Shown piece after piece: positions 9,292-18,633 of a stretch of DNA of 64,000 nt (positions are counted from its first letter, which is position 1; every line of letters starts with the position of its first letter). Made by a program: the position numbers and the translations under genes. This DNA is from Myxococcota bacterium (lineage in GTDB: Bacteria > Myxococcota_A > UBA9160 > JAFDDA01). Below the pieces are notes generated by a model. That model was not told where the DNA came from. It ran no database searches and was given only the letters and a program-made list of their open reading frames with translations. The stretch covers positions 1,472,001 to 1,536,000 of the forward strand of contig OZ245817.1 in assembly GCA_965228475.1 (NCBI GenBank). The letters run 5' to 3'.

Positions 9292-10896
9292 TCACCGGCG
9301 GATCAGGGTGTCGTCGCCGAACAGCGCGTCGTTGGTTTCGGGGTGGTCGAGGTTGTAGTGGAGGCCCCGGCTCTCCTCGCGGCGGATCGCGGCTTCGATT
9401 ACGAGCTCGGCGACGGTGGCGAGGTTGCGCAGCTCGATCAGGTCCGGCGTCACCTTCACGTTCCAGTAGTACTCGGTGATCTCGTCCTGGAGCATGCGGA
9501 TGCGGTGGCGCGCGCGCTCGAGTCGGCGGTCGCTGCGCACGATGCCGACGTAGTTCCACATGAAGCGGCGGATCTCGTCCCAGTTCTGGGAGATCACGAC
9601 GGCTTCGTCGCTCTCGGTGACGGCGCCCGACTGCCACGGGGCGACGGCGCCGGCTTCGATCGGCGGGATGTCGTCGATCCGCTCGAGGCTCGCCTGGGCG
9701 GCGGCGTCGGCGAAGACGGCGGCTTCGAGCAGCGAGTTCGAGGCGAGGCGGTTCGCTCCGTGCAGGCCGGTGCAGGAGACCTCGCCGGCGGCGAACAGGT
9801 TCTGCACGTCGGTTTCGCCGTGGAGGTCGGTCCGCACGCCGCCGCAGCAGTAGTGCGTCGCGGGGACGACGGGGATCGGGTCCGTCGTGATGTCGATGCC
9901 GTACTCGAGACAGCGCTCGTAGATGGTCGGGAAGCGGTCCTTCACGAACTTTTCGTCGTGGTGCCAGACGTTCACCGTCACGTACTCGTCGCCCGAGCGC
10001 TTGAGCTCGGTGTCGATGGCGCGGGCCACGATGTCGCGCGGCGCGAGCTCCGCCATTTCGTGGTAGCGGCCCATGAAGGCGCGCCCGTCCTTGTCGAAGA
10101 GCCGCGCGCCCTCGCCCCGCATCGCTTCCGTGATGAGGAAGCTCTTCGCCTCCGGGTGGAAGAGGCACGTCGGGTGGAACTGGATGAACTCCATGTTCGC
10201 GATGGTCGCGCCGGCCCGGTACGCCATGGCGACGCCGTCGCCCGAGGCGATGTCCGGGTTCGTCGTGTAGAGGTAGACCTTGCCGACGCCCCCGGTCGCG
10301 AGCAGCGTCACCGGTGCGTGGAAGCGCTCGATCTCCGTCGTCTCGACGTCGATCACGTAGGCGCCGAGGCAGCGGTTCGGGCCGTCGAGCCCGGCCTTGC
10401 CGGAGGTCAGGAGATCCACGGCCAGGTGGTTCTCGAGCAGCGTCACGTTCGGGTGCGCCCGCGCGGCGGTGAGCAGGGCGCTCTCGATCTCGCGGCCCGT
10501 GGCGTCGCGGTGATGCAGGACGCGGCGCTCGGTGTGGCCGCCCTCGCGGCCGAGATCGAACTCGTGGCCGGGCGCGCCCTCCTTGCGATCGAACTCGACG
10601 CCGATCTTCAGGAGCGCCTCGATCATCAGCGGCCCGCGCTCGACGACGAAGCGCACCGTGTCCTCGCGGCAGAGCCCCGCGCCGGCCACGAGGGTGTCGC
10701 GCACGTGGGCCTCGAAGGAGTCGTTCTCGGCCACGACCGCGGCGATGCCGCCCTGGGCCCAGTTGGTCGACGAGTCCATCGCCCGCTTCTTGGTGACGAT
10801 GCAGACGCTGCCGTGGTCCGCCACGCGCAGGGCGTAGAAGAGGCCGGCGATCCCGCTCCCCACCACGAGGAAATCGAACTGGGAGGCGTGGCTCAC
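9292..10896 (-). CDS. nadB: L-aspartate oxidase
   Basis: GSGIAG, WAQGGIAAV, REGGH, QFHPT, HYCCGG, GLHGANRLASNSLLE and REESRGLHY. Confidence 0.96.
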   Translation of the reverse strand: MSHASQFDFLVVGSGIAGLFYALRVADHGSVCIVTKKRAMDSSTNWAQGGIAAVVAENDSFEAHVRDTLVAGAGLCREDTVRFVVERGPLMIEALLKIGVEFDRKEGAPGHEFDLGREGGHTERRVLHHRDATGREIESALLTAARAHPNVTLLENHLAVDLLTSGKAGLDGPNRCLGAYVIDVETTEIERFHAPVTLLATGGVGKVYLYTTNPDIASGDGVAMAYRAGATIANMEFIQFHPTCLFHPEAKSFLITEAMRGEGARLFDKDGRAFMGRYHEMAELAPRDIVARAIDTELKRSGDEYVTVNVWHHDEKFVKDRFPTIYERCLEYGIDITTDPIPVVPATHYCCGGVRTDLHGETDVQNLFAAGEVSCTGLHGANRLASNSLLEAAVFADAAAQASLERIDDIPPIEAGAVAPWQSGAVTESDEAVVISQNWDEIRRFMWNYVGIVRSDRRLERARHRIRMLQDEITEYYWNVKVTPDLIELRNLATVAELVIEAAIRREESRGLHYNLDHPETNDALFGDDTLIRR

Positions 10897-11102
10897 ATCG
10901 CTCCAGCTAGGGGTTTTCCCCTGAGTTGCCGGTTCCTGATGCCCCGACCGGCCCTGGCCGGTGTCTCACAGGGTACGGGACGGCTAAGCCCCGGCGTACC
11001 GCTGCCGATACGAGAAGACGCAGGGGCTCGTCGTTCGGGCTCGGCAGGGCGAGTCTATCTGCGCCGCGACCGCGGCGGCAAGCACTCGCGAGGGGAGGCT
11101 CG

Positions 11103-11735
11103 ATGCGCGCTCGTTGCGCGTCCGATCACAGGGGTCCGGTGGCCGCGCTCTTGGGGGCCCTGCTGGGGGTCTCGCTGCTCGCCGGTCCGGCTCCGGGGGC
11201 TCTCGCCCAGGGCCACGCCGTCCTCTACCGCTGGGTGGACGACCGGGGCGTGATCCACTTCACCAACACGCCCTCGGACGCCCGCTACGCCGCCGTCTCG
11301 CGCCGGAAGCCCATGGGCCCGCCCGTCGAGCGCCGCGGCGCCGACGATTTCGACCCGCTCATCCGCCGCACGGCCAAGCTTCATCAGCTCCCGCCGGCGC
11401 TCGTGAAGGCCGTGATCCGCGCCGAATCGAACTTCGACCCGGCCGCCCGCTCCCACAAGGGCGCGATGGGGCTCATGCAGCTCATGCCCCAGACGGCCCG
11501 CGAGATGGGCGTCGGGGACCCCTGGCGCGCCGAGGAGAACATCCGCGGGGGCACGCGCTACCTGCGCGCGATGGTGAACCGGTTCGGCGACGTCCGCCTC
11601 GCCCTGGCCGCCTACAACGCCGGCCCCCACAACGTCGACCGCTACAAGGGCATTCCTCCCTTCGAAGAGACCCAGGAGTACGTGCGCCGTGTCTTGGCCT
11701 ACTATCGCAAGTACCATGGAGAGTTCCGGCGATGA
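11103..11735 (+). CDS. Lytic transglycosylase (SLT domain) with signal peptide and DUF4124-like N-terminus
   Basis: GGAGG RBS; YRWVDDRGVIHFTN; AESNF, GAMGLMQLMP and ALAAYNAG. Confidence 0.9.
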   Translation: MRARCASDHRGPVAALLGALLGVSLLAGPAPGALAQGHAVLYRWVDDRGVIHFTNTPSDARYAAVSRRKPMGPPVERRGADDFDPLIRRTAKLHQLPPALVKAVIRAESNFDPAARSHKGAMGLMQLMPQTAREMGVGDPWRAEENIRGGTRYLRAMVNRFGDVRLALAAYNAGPHNVDRYKGIPPFEETQEYVRRVLAYYRKYHGEFRR

Positions 11736-12492
11736 GCGCGCCCGGCGCGGCGTTTCGGGTCCCGTTTCCGGTCAGGGCGCCTCGCCGGTCGGCGGTCAGG
11801 GTCCCACGCCCGTAGCCGTTCATCCGGCCGCCGAGGCCGACCCCGCCACGCCCGAGGCTCGCCGCGCGAAGCGCGAGCGCGAGGAATTCTGGAACCTGCC
11901 GAACACCCTGACCGTGCTGCGCATGGCCGTGGTGCCGGTCTTCCTGATCTTCCCGTGGGTCGAAGGCTCGCGCGGCGGAAGCCAGCTCGTGGCCTGGCTC
12001 TTCATCGCGGCCGCCACCACGGACGTGATCGACGGCTGGCTCGCCCGGCGCGGCCAGACCGTGACCTCCATGGGGAAGCTCCTCGACCCCCTTGCCGACA
12101 AGATGCTGGTCTCGACGGCCCTGATCCTGCTCCTCGCCGTGGGCCGGATCCCGCTGGCGGCGGCGGTCATGGTGGTGGTCATCATCGGCCGGGAGCTGGC
12201 CGTGACGGGCCTGCGCTCGATCGCCTCCTCCGAAGGCCACATCGTGGCCGCGGCGCCCCTGGGCAAGCTCAAGGCCGTGACCCAGAACATCGCCATCGGG
12301 GCCCTGCTGTTCCCGGACCCGACCCTGGGCCTCCCGGCCCACGCCCTGGGCCTGGGCATGCTGGCGGTGGCCAGCGCCCTCACCCTGTGGTCGGGCTATG
12401 TATACTTCGCCGACTATTTCGGATGGGGCCGGGAAGCCTCACGTGGGGCCCCGGTGGGAGCCCCGGACCGAGATCAAGGAGCTAGTTCATGA
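11716..12492 (+). CDS. pgsA: CDP-diacylglycerol--glycerol-3-phosphate 3-phosphatidyltransferase (start codon uncertain)
   Basis: NLPNTLTVLR, the CDP-alcohol phosphotransferase motif DVIDGWLARR...GKLLDPLADK, and RELAVTGLR. Confidence 0.9.
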   Translation: MESSGDERARRGVSGPVSGQGASPVGGQGPTPVAVHPAAEADPATPEARRAKREREEFWNLPNTLTVLRMAVVPVFLIFPWVEGSRGGSQLVAWLFIAAATTDVIDGWLARRGQTVTSMGKLLDPLADKMLVSTALILLLAVGRIPLAAAVMVVVIIGRELAVTGLRSIASSEGHIVAAAPLGKLKAVTQNIAIGALLFPDPTLGLPAHALGLGMLAVASALTLWSGYVYFADYFGWGREASRGAPVGAPDRDQGASS

Positions 12493-13802
12493 GCCGCCTG
12501 GCTGACCTGAAGGATCGGATCGACTCGCGAGACGCCAAGATCGGCGTGATCGGGCTCGGCTACGTGGGGCTGCCGCTCGCCGTCGAGTTCGCAAAGGTGG
12601 GCTTCGAGGTCGTCGGTTTCGACGTCGACGGCGAGAAGATCCGCGCGATCGGCGCCGGAAAATCCTACATCGAGGACGTTCCGGAGGCCGACCTCAAGTC
12701 CGCGATCGAAGCGAACCGGCTCTCCGCGACGGCGGACCTCGCCAAGCTCGCCGACGTCGACGTGATCAACATCTGCGTGCCGACGCCGCTGAACCGCACC
12801 AAGGACCCCGACGTCTCCTTCATGGCCAAGGCCATCGAAGACATCGCGAAGACCCTGCGCGAGGGGCAGCTGATCGTGCTCGGCTCGACGACCTACCCGG
12901 GTACGACCTCCGAGCTGCTGATCCCGATCCTCGCCGCTTCGGGCATGACCATCGGCACCGACTTCTCCGTGGCTTTCGCGCCCGAGCGCATCGACCCGGG
13001 CAACCAGAAGTTCACCGTGCGCAACGTGCCGAAGGTGGTGGGCGGCGAGACGCAGCTCTGCACCGAGCTCGCCTGCCAGGTGTACGCCACGATCTTCGAC
13101 GAGGTCGTGCCGGTCTCCTCGACCGCCTGCGCCGAGATGGTGAAGCTCCTCGAGAACACCTTCCGCGCGATCAACATCGGCCTGGCCAACGAGGTCGCGC
13201 TCATGTGCGACCGCCTGGGCCTCGACGTCTGGGAAGTGATCGACGCCGCGGCGACCAAGCCCTACGGCTTCATGAAGTTCGTGCCGGGGCCGGGCCTCGG
13301 CGGGCACTGCATCCCCGTCGACCCGAGCTACCTCTCCTGGAAGATGAAGACGCTGAACTTCAACGCGCGCTTCATCGAGCTCGCCATCGACGTGAACACC
13401 TCGATGCCCGAGCACGTGGCGACCAAGATCGCGGACCTCCTGAACGAAGACCGCATGCCCGTGAACGGATCGCGCGTCCTGATCCTCGGCGTGGCCTACA
13501 AGCCCGACGTCGGCGACGTGCGCGAGAGCCCGGCCCTCGACGTGATCGAGGCCCTCGAGGCCAAGGGGGCCGTCATCAGCTTCCACGATCCCCACGTCTC
13601 CGAGGTGAAGATCGGCGACAAGATCCACAAGAACGTGGATCTCACCGACGACGTGCTCGAGAGCGCGGACATCGCGGTGATCGTGACGGACCACAAGGCC
13701 ATCGATTGGGATCGCGTCGTCGGCAAGGCGCCGCGCATCTACGACACGCGCAACGCGACCAAGGGCGTCTCCGAAGGCCGCGAGCGCATCCGCAAGCTGT
13801 AG
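12489..13802 (+). CDS. Nucleotide-sugar dehydrogenase (UDP-GlcNAc/ManNAc 6-dehydrogenase, WbpA/WecC family)
   Basis: GLGYVGLP, ICVPTP, PERIDPG, KLLENTFR, GGHCIPVDP and AYKPDVGDVRESP. Confidence 0.92.
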   Translation: MSRLADLKDRIDSRDAKIGVIGLGYVGLPLAVEFAKVGFEVVGFDVDGEKIRAIGAGKSYIEDVPEADLKSAIEANRLSATADLAKLADVDVINICVPTPLNRTKDPDVSFMAKAIEDIAKTLREGQLIVLGSTTYPGTTSELLIPILAASGMTIGTDFSVAFAPERIDPGNQKFTVRNVPKVVGGETQLCTELACQVYATIFDEVVPVSSTACAEMVKLLENTFRAINIGLANEVALMCDRLGLDVWEVIDAAATKPYGFMKFVPGPGLGGHCIPVDPSYLSWKMKTLNFNARFIELAIDVNTSMPEHVATKIADLLNEDRMPVNGSRVLILGVAYKPDVGDVRESPALDVIEALEAKGAVISFHDPHVSEVKIGDKIHKNVDLTDDVLESADIAVIVTDHKAIDWDRVVGKAPRIYDTRNATKGVSEGRERIRKL

Positions 13803-13808
13803 CGCTCC

Positions 13809-14669
13809 TTGCGGCTCGCCCTCCTCGATGACCGCGCCGTGCTGCTCACGGGCGCGGGCCACGACCGCGTCGTCGACGTGGCCACGCGCTCGGACGGCCG
13901 CTTCCCCTCGGATCCGATGGCGCTCCTCGCGGACTGGGACGCGGTGCGGGAGTGGGCCGCCGGCCTGCCCGGGGATGCCGCCGATGCACCGCTCGACGAA
14001 GCGGCCCTCGGCCCGTGCGTCCCGGCGCCGCGCAAGGTCTTCGGCATCGGCCTGAACTACCGCGGCCACGCGGAAGAGGCCGGGCTCGACATCCCGAAGC
14101 AGCCCATGGTCTTCACCAAGTTCCCGAACTGCCTGGCGGGCCCGCGCGCGGACGTGCGGCTGAAGGGCGAGCGCGTCGACTACGAGGCCGAGCTCGTCGT
14201 CGTGATCGGCCGCGGAGGGCAGGGCATCGCCGCAGAGCACGCGCGCGAGCACATCGCCGGCTACTGCGTCGGCCAGGACATCTCGGACCGCCGCGCCCAG
14301 TTCGCCGACAAGCCGCCCCAGTTCAACCTCGGCAAGTCCGCCGATACCTACGGCCCGATCGGCCCGGCTGTGGTGACCCTCGACGAACTCGCCGACCCCG
14401 ACGACCTCGCCATCACCTGCGACGTCTCGGGCGAACGCCTGCAGGACGCGCGCACGAGCGACCTCATCTTCGGCGTGAGCGAGCTCGTCGCCTTCCTCTC
14501 CCGCACGATCACTCTCGAGCCCGGGGATCTCGTCTTCACCGGCACGCCCGCGGGCGTCGGCTCCGTCCGGGATCCGCGCCGCTACCTCGCGCCGGGCGAC
14601 GTCCTCGAGACCGAGATCGAGGGCCTCGGCCGCCTGCGCAACGCCTGCACGGACGCCGCGGGCCACTAG
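13809..14669 (+). CDS. Fumarylacetoacetate hydrolase family protein
   Basis: IGLNYRGH, FTKF, DYEAEL, GKSADT and GDLVFTGTPAGVG; TTG start. Confidence 0.9.
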   Translation: MRLALLDDRAVLLTGAGHDRVVDVATRSDGRFPSDPMALLADWDAVREWAAGLPGDAADAPLDEAALGPCVPAPRKVFGIGLNYRGHAEEAGLDIPKQPMVFTKFPNCLAGPRADVRLKGERVDYEAELVVVIGRGGQGIAAEHAREHIAGYCVGQDISDRRAQFADKPPQFNLGKSADTYGPIGPAVVTLDELADPDDLAITCDVSGERLQDARTSDLIFGVSELVAFLSRTITLEPGDLVFTGTPAGVGSVRDPRRYLAPGDVLETEIEGLGRLRNACTDAAGH

Positions 14670-14728
14670 ACGGCGCCACCCCGGCGGGTGCTATCCTGAC
14701 GTTGCCCCGCGGTCCCGGGGAGCCGCCG

Positions 14729-15199
14729 ATGGCCGAGAGCCTCGAAACCCTGCTGGACCGCGTCGCCCGCTTGGAACAACTCCTGGAGGCGCGCGACATG
14801 ACCCGACCGAGCGACGAAGCCGCCACCGCCGCGCACGTCTGGAACCGGATCCCGTTCAGCGCCTGGCTCAAGATCAGCGGCCCGACCTTCGCGGTGATGG
14901 CGGCCGGTTTCGGTTTCCTCTGGAGCGCGCAACAGGAAACGACCGCCCGGATCACCGAGGTCCAGCAGGAGCTGACGGCGCAGATCCTAGAGACCCAGCG
15001 CGAGACGACGGCACAGATCATGGCCGTCCAGCGCGAGAGCACCGCCCAGATCAGGGAGCTCCAGCAGGAGACCACCGCCCAGATCCTGGAGGTCCAGCGC
15101 GAGATCCTCGACCTCCAGCGCAGCACGACCGACCGCATGCTCGACCTCCAGGGGCGGCTTCTCGAGCAGCAGCGAGCCGAGGGCGAGCAGCCCGGCTAG
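14729..15199 (+). CDS. Small membrane-anchored coiled-coil protein with 11-residue repeats
   Basis: GGGAG RBS, one hydrophobic segment (FAVMAAGFGFLW), then tandem Q(Q/R)ExTAQIxxx units. Confidence 0.7.
   Translation: MAESLETLLDRVARLEQLLEARDMTRPSDEAATAAHVWNRIPFSAWLKISGPTFAVMAAGFGFLWSAQQETTARITEVQQELTAQILETQRETTAQIMAVQRESTAQIRELQQETTAQILEVQREILDLQRSTTDRMLDLQGRLLEQQRAEGEQPG
14930..15148 (+). repeat. Imperfect 33-bp coding tandem repeat (five full units, one 21-bp unit, one diverged unit)
   Basis: Units start at 14930, 14963, 14996, 15029, 15062, 15095 (short) and 15116, e.g. cagcaggagaccaccgcccagatcctggaggtc. Confidence 0.85.
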
Positions 15200-15292
15200 C
15201 GGGCGCCCGCCGGGCCGCGGGAGGCCCGGCAACCCGCCGGAAGGGAAAGAGAAAACCGGACGCGGGAGCCGCCGTCCGAGGCCCCTCGGCCC

Positions 15293-15321
15293 TTGACGCC
15301 ACCCCCGATCTCACCCATGTT
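15293..15321 (+). promoter_or_regulatory. Putative sigma70 promoter of the tRNA gene
   Basis: TTGACG-N17-CATGTT followed by a GC-rich discriminator just upstream of the tRNA. Confidence 0.5.
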
Positions 15322-15331
15322 CCGGCTCCAC

Positions 15332-15406
15332 GCACGAGTAGCTCAGTGGTAGAGCGTCACGTTGCCAACGTGAGGGTCGCCGGTTCAAATCCGGTCTCGT
15401 GCTCCA
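15332..15406 (+). tRNA. tRNA-Gly (anticodon GCC)
   Basis: Acceptor stem GCACGAG/CTCGTGC, discriminator T and encoded CCA; D arm GCTC-AGTGGTA-GAGC; anticodon arm TCACG-TTGCCAA-CGTGA; T arm GCCGG-TTCAAAT-CCGGT. Confidence 0.96.
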
Positions 15407-15413
15407 CGAATTT

Positions 15414-15457
15414 CGAAGCCCCGTCAGGCGTTTGCGCCGGCGGGGCTTCGGCGTTTC
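15414..15457 (+). terminator. GC-rich hairpin after the tRNA, probable terminator
   Basis: cgaagccccg...ggcg-tttg-cgcc...cggggcttcg followed by gcgtttc. Confidence 0.65.
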
Positions 15458-15546
15458 GGGGCCTGGCGCGCTGCCGAGTGCTCGCCCGCGTCGGCCGGTG
15501 GCAACGGCTAGTCTAGAGTGGCCCTCAGGAGGAGACCGGACACTCG

Positions 15547-16677
15547 ATGACGCTGCTGGCCACCTACGTGATCCTGGCGATTGCGGTGTCCTTCGTGTGC
15601 TCGGTGCTCGAGGCCGTCCTCCTGAGCGTGACGCCGGCCTACGTCGGCGCGCTCCGGCGCGACCGGCCGGGCGTCGGCGAGTGCCTCTACGAGTTGAAGC
15701 ACGATCTCGATCGGCCGCTCGCCGCGATCCTCACGCTGAACACCGTGGCCCACACCATCGGCGCGGCGGGGGCGGGGGCCCAGGCCGCGGTGGTGTTCGG
15801 GAGCGCGTGGGTCGGTGTCTTTTCTGCGGTGCTCACTCTCGCGGTGCTGATCTTCTCCGAGATCATCCCGAAATCGCTCGGGGCGGCCCACTGGCGCGGC
15901 CTCGCGCCGCTGACGGCCCGGGTGCTCCAGGTGATGATCGTGGTGCTCGGCCCCTTCGTCTGGCTGTGCCGCGTCATCACGCGCCTCGTGACCCCCGGCT
16001 CGAAGAAGGCCCGGATCAGCCGCGACGAGCTGGCCGCCCTGGCCGACATCGGCGCCGAGCAGGGCGTGGTGGAGGGGCAGGAGGCGGAGATTCTGAAGAG
16101 CCTGCTGCGCTTCAACGACCTGCACGCCGAGGACGTGATGACGCCGCGCACGGTGGTCGCCGCCTTCCCCGAGTCCGCGACGGTGAACGACGTGATCGAG
16201 GCCCGGGTCCCGTTCTCGCGGCTGCCGATCTACGAACGGGACCGTGACCACGTGACCGGTTACGTGATGAAGGACGACGTGCTCGAGCGCGGCGCGGCCG
16301 GGGTGCCGGAGACACCGCTGCGCGAGCTGCGGCGCGACATCCTCACGGTGGACTCGCGGCTCCCGCTCCCCCGCCTGTTCGATCGGCTCCTGACGCGCCG
16401 CGAGCACCTCGCCGTCGCGGTCGACGAGTACGGCGGCATGGCCGGTGTCGTGACCATGGAGGACGTGATCGAGACCCTGCTCGGTCTCGAGATCGTCGAC
16501 GAGGCCGACCAGAACACGGACATGCAGCTCCTGGCGCGGCAGCGCTGGGAGGAGCGCGCCGCACGGCTCGGAATCGTCGCGGAACCGGCCGGCCCCGACG
16601 CCGATGCGACCCCGGCCGATGAAGCCTTGCCGCGGGCTGCCGCCGGCGGTGGAGCGGCGCCCGACGAGGGGAACTGA
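15547..16677 (+). CDS. CNNM/CorC-family membrane protein (DUF21 plus CBS pair)
   Basis: SFVCSVLEAVLLS, ILTLNTVAHT, SEIIPK, VMTPR, VDEYGG and EDVIETLLGLEIVDE. Confidence 0.9.
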   Translation: MTLLATYVILAIAVSFVCSVLEAVLLSVTPAYVGALRRDRPGVGECLYELKHDLDRPLAAILTLNTVAHTIGAAGAGAQAAVVFGSAWVGVFSAVLTLAVLIFSEIIPKSLGAAHWRGLAPLTARVLQVMIVVLGPFVWLCRVITRLVTPGSKKARISRDELAALADIGAEQGVVEGQEAEILKSLLRFNDLHAEDVMTPRTVVAAFPESATVNDVIEARVPFSRLPIYERDRDHVTGYVMKDDVLERGAAGVPETPLRELRRDILTVDSRLPLPRLFDRLLTRREHLAVAVDEYGGMAGVVTMEDVIETLLGLEIVDEADQNTDMQLLARQRWEERAARLGIVAEPAGPDADATPADEALPRAAAGGGAAPDEGN

Positions 16678-16755
16678 GCCGCGGGCACCTCGCAGTTTGC
16701 TGCCCCGGAGGCCGGCCGTGCGATAATGGGCCTCCAATCGTCGAGGAGGGTCGCC

Positions 16756-17763
16756 ATGAAACGGTTGCGCCTTGTCCCGATCCTGGCCGTCGCGGTTCTG
16801 AGCATTCACTCGAACTGCGGGCCCAACGATCTCGGTCCCGGTTGTTACTACTACGGTGAAGCCGGGAACATGGCTCGCCAGCTTTGTCTCATGCTTCCTG
16901 CGGGCGGACAGACCAAGGGTCTGATCGTGTACTTCCATGGGGGCGGCTGGCTCAACGTCGGAGGGCCGTTTCCCCCGGTTCCGCCGGCCGGCGTCACCGC
17001 GCAGCTCCAGGAGGGTTGGGCTCTGGCCAACGTGACGTACTCACTCAGCGCGCCGCCACCCGCTCCCTCCGAGAACCCCTTCCCCGTGGCGGTGCAGGAT
17101 GCGAAGCGTGCGGTTCGTTGGCTGAAGGCCAACGGCCCGAGCCTCGGCGTCGACCCCGACGTGATCGTTGCATGGGGTCACTCGGCGGGTGGGAACCTCG
17201 CCGCCATGGTCGGTGCGCCGAGCTACGAGCCGACGGGTCTCCCGCCGGCCCTGGCCGCCGAGACCTCCTGGGTCGATGCGATCATCACCTTCGCCGGGGT
17301 CCTCGACCTCGCGCACGTCCTCGAGATCCCGGATCTAGGCGAGACGGGAGATCCGTGCACGGCGGCGCTTCTCGTTCGGCAATACCTGGACCTCGAGACC
17401 ATCGACGTACCGGACTGCCAGACCGCGGGGCCCGAGGCCTACCGAGCCGAGCCGTCGAGCCCGGACTGGAACGTTGGCGTGCAGGCTTCGCCCTACGCGG
17501 TCTGGAGCGCCTACACGCAAACGCTGTCGGGGCCGCTGCCGATGCTCTTCATGGCCCAGGGCGACGCCGACCCCCTGCTCTCGGTCGACCAGACCGACAT
17601 TCTCTACCTGCTCTTCGACGTGTTCCAATCGCCGCGGGTCGACCTCTTTCCGGTGCAGGGTGCGACGCACGCTTTCGGCGAGCTGTTCGACGCGCTGGGT
17701 CCGGCACCCAACGCCATCGACGCGTTTCTCCTCGACGCGTGGAACACCTACTCCGTGCCCTGA
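16756..17763 (+). CDS. Exported alpha/beta hydrolase (HSL-like esterase), possible lipoprotein
   Basis: GAGGAGG RBS; signal peptide ending ...HSNC; oxyanion motif HGGGW, nucleophile elbow GHSAGG, GDADPL and C-terminal His (GATHAF). Confidence 0.8.
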   Translation: MKRLRLVPILAVAVLSIHSNCGPNDLGPGCYYYGEAGNMARQLCLMLPAGGQTKGLIVYFHGGGWLNVGGPFPPVPPAGVTAQLQEGWALANVTYSLSAPPPAPSENPFPVAVQDAKRAVRWLKANGPSLGVDPDVIVAWGHSAGGNLAAMVGAPSYEPTGLPPALAAETSWVDAIITFAGVLDLAHVLEIPDLGETGDPCTAALLVRQYLDLETIDVPDCQTAGPEAYRAEPSSPDWNVGVQASPYAVWSAYTQTLSGPLPMLFMAQGDADPLLSVDQTDILYLLFDVFQSPRVDLFPVQGATHAFGELFDALGPAPNAIDAFLLDAWNTYSVP

Positions 17764-17851
17764 GTTCCTCGAGGCTGCAGCGGGCAACCCTTCGAGAGGG
17801 CCCTTCGACTGCGAAGCGGCACGAGCAATGGAGGCGGCGGTCCGAACACGC

Positions 17852-18472
17852 CTATAGCGAGCGCCGTGCCCCTCGCCGATGCAGCGACAAGCCGACCAGG
17901 CCGATGCCCAGGAGTGTTGCCGTCCCCGGCTCGGGAACGACGGCGATCTCCCAGGTGTAGTCCACCAACGCGAACGAGTTGTTCGTGTTGCCGCTGAAGC
18001 CGCCGATCGTCACGCCGTAGAAACCGGTCGCATCGATCGGCAGATCCGCGACGAAGAGGCTCACGTCGGCGAAGGGCACGTCCTGGAGTTCGAAGCGGAT
18101 GCTCGAGACCGAGGTGACCGTCGCGTCGTAGCGGAACAGCTCGACTCGGATCCGGTTGAGGATCGCGTCGCCATCGACCTTGGCCGCGGAGAGCGTGATC
18201 GAATCGATCTCGAGCCCGGCTCCCAGCGACAACAACGCCGTGTCGAAGCTGCTCGGGATCGTGCCGCCCCACTGCGCCGTGCCGGTGATCACGTTCGTTC
18301 CGGCCCCGAGCGGCAGTGCGCTGCCGGGTGAGTGGGAGCCCGGCGCGAAGGTGCCGGGCAGGGACCCGTCTACGGCTTCGTCGTAGACGATGGGCGCAGC
18401 GCTCGCGGCGGCCGGCATGAACGTGGCGAGAACCGCAGCCGCCAAGGCGGCCCCTGCGAAGATCCTACGCAT
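17852..18472 (-). CDS. PEP-CTERM surface protein
   Basis: Signal peptide MRRIFAGAALAAAVLATFMPAAASA; C-terminal VPEPGTATLLGIGLVGLSLHRR. It is the 3' part of a long ORF-track frame. Confidence 0.88.
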   Translation of the reverse strand: MRRIFAGAALAAAVLATFMPAAASAAPIVYDEAVDGSLPGTFAPGSHSPGSALPLGAGTNVITGTAQWGGTIPSSFDTALLSLGAGLEIDSITLSAAKVDGDAILNRIRVELFRYDATVTSVSSIRFELQDVPFADVSLFVADLPIDATGFYGVTIGGFSGNTNNSFALVDYTWEIAVVPEPGTATLLGIGLVGLSLHRRGARRSL

Positions 18473-18633
18473 GTGGATTGCTCCCCTCTTCGGGGTAGTG
18501 GCCGCGAACACGGAAAGGTGTCGCGGGCGGCGGCTGGGAATGGGGACGGGCGGGACCCGACGGTCCCTCCAGCCCTCGCTCCCCTGGGGATCCGTCATGA
18601 TGCGAAGCGATCGGGCCGGACCGCGAGCCCGGG

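Noticed and set aside
14930..15148. 33-bp repeats as a CRISPR array
   Set aside because: They are tandem, have no spacers, are in-frame coding, and no cas genes are nearby.
15547..16677. Hemolysin/toxin label
   Set aside because: The DUF21-CBS architecture is the CNNM/CorC metal-homeostasis family; nothing indicates a toxin.
16683..16700. GGCAC...TTGC as a sigma54 promoter for the esterase gene
   Set aside because: GG-to-GC spacing is 13 nt rather than the required 10.
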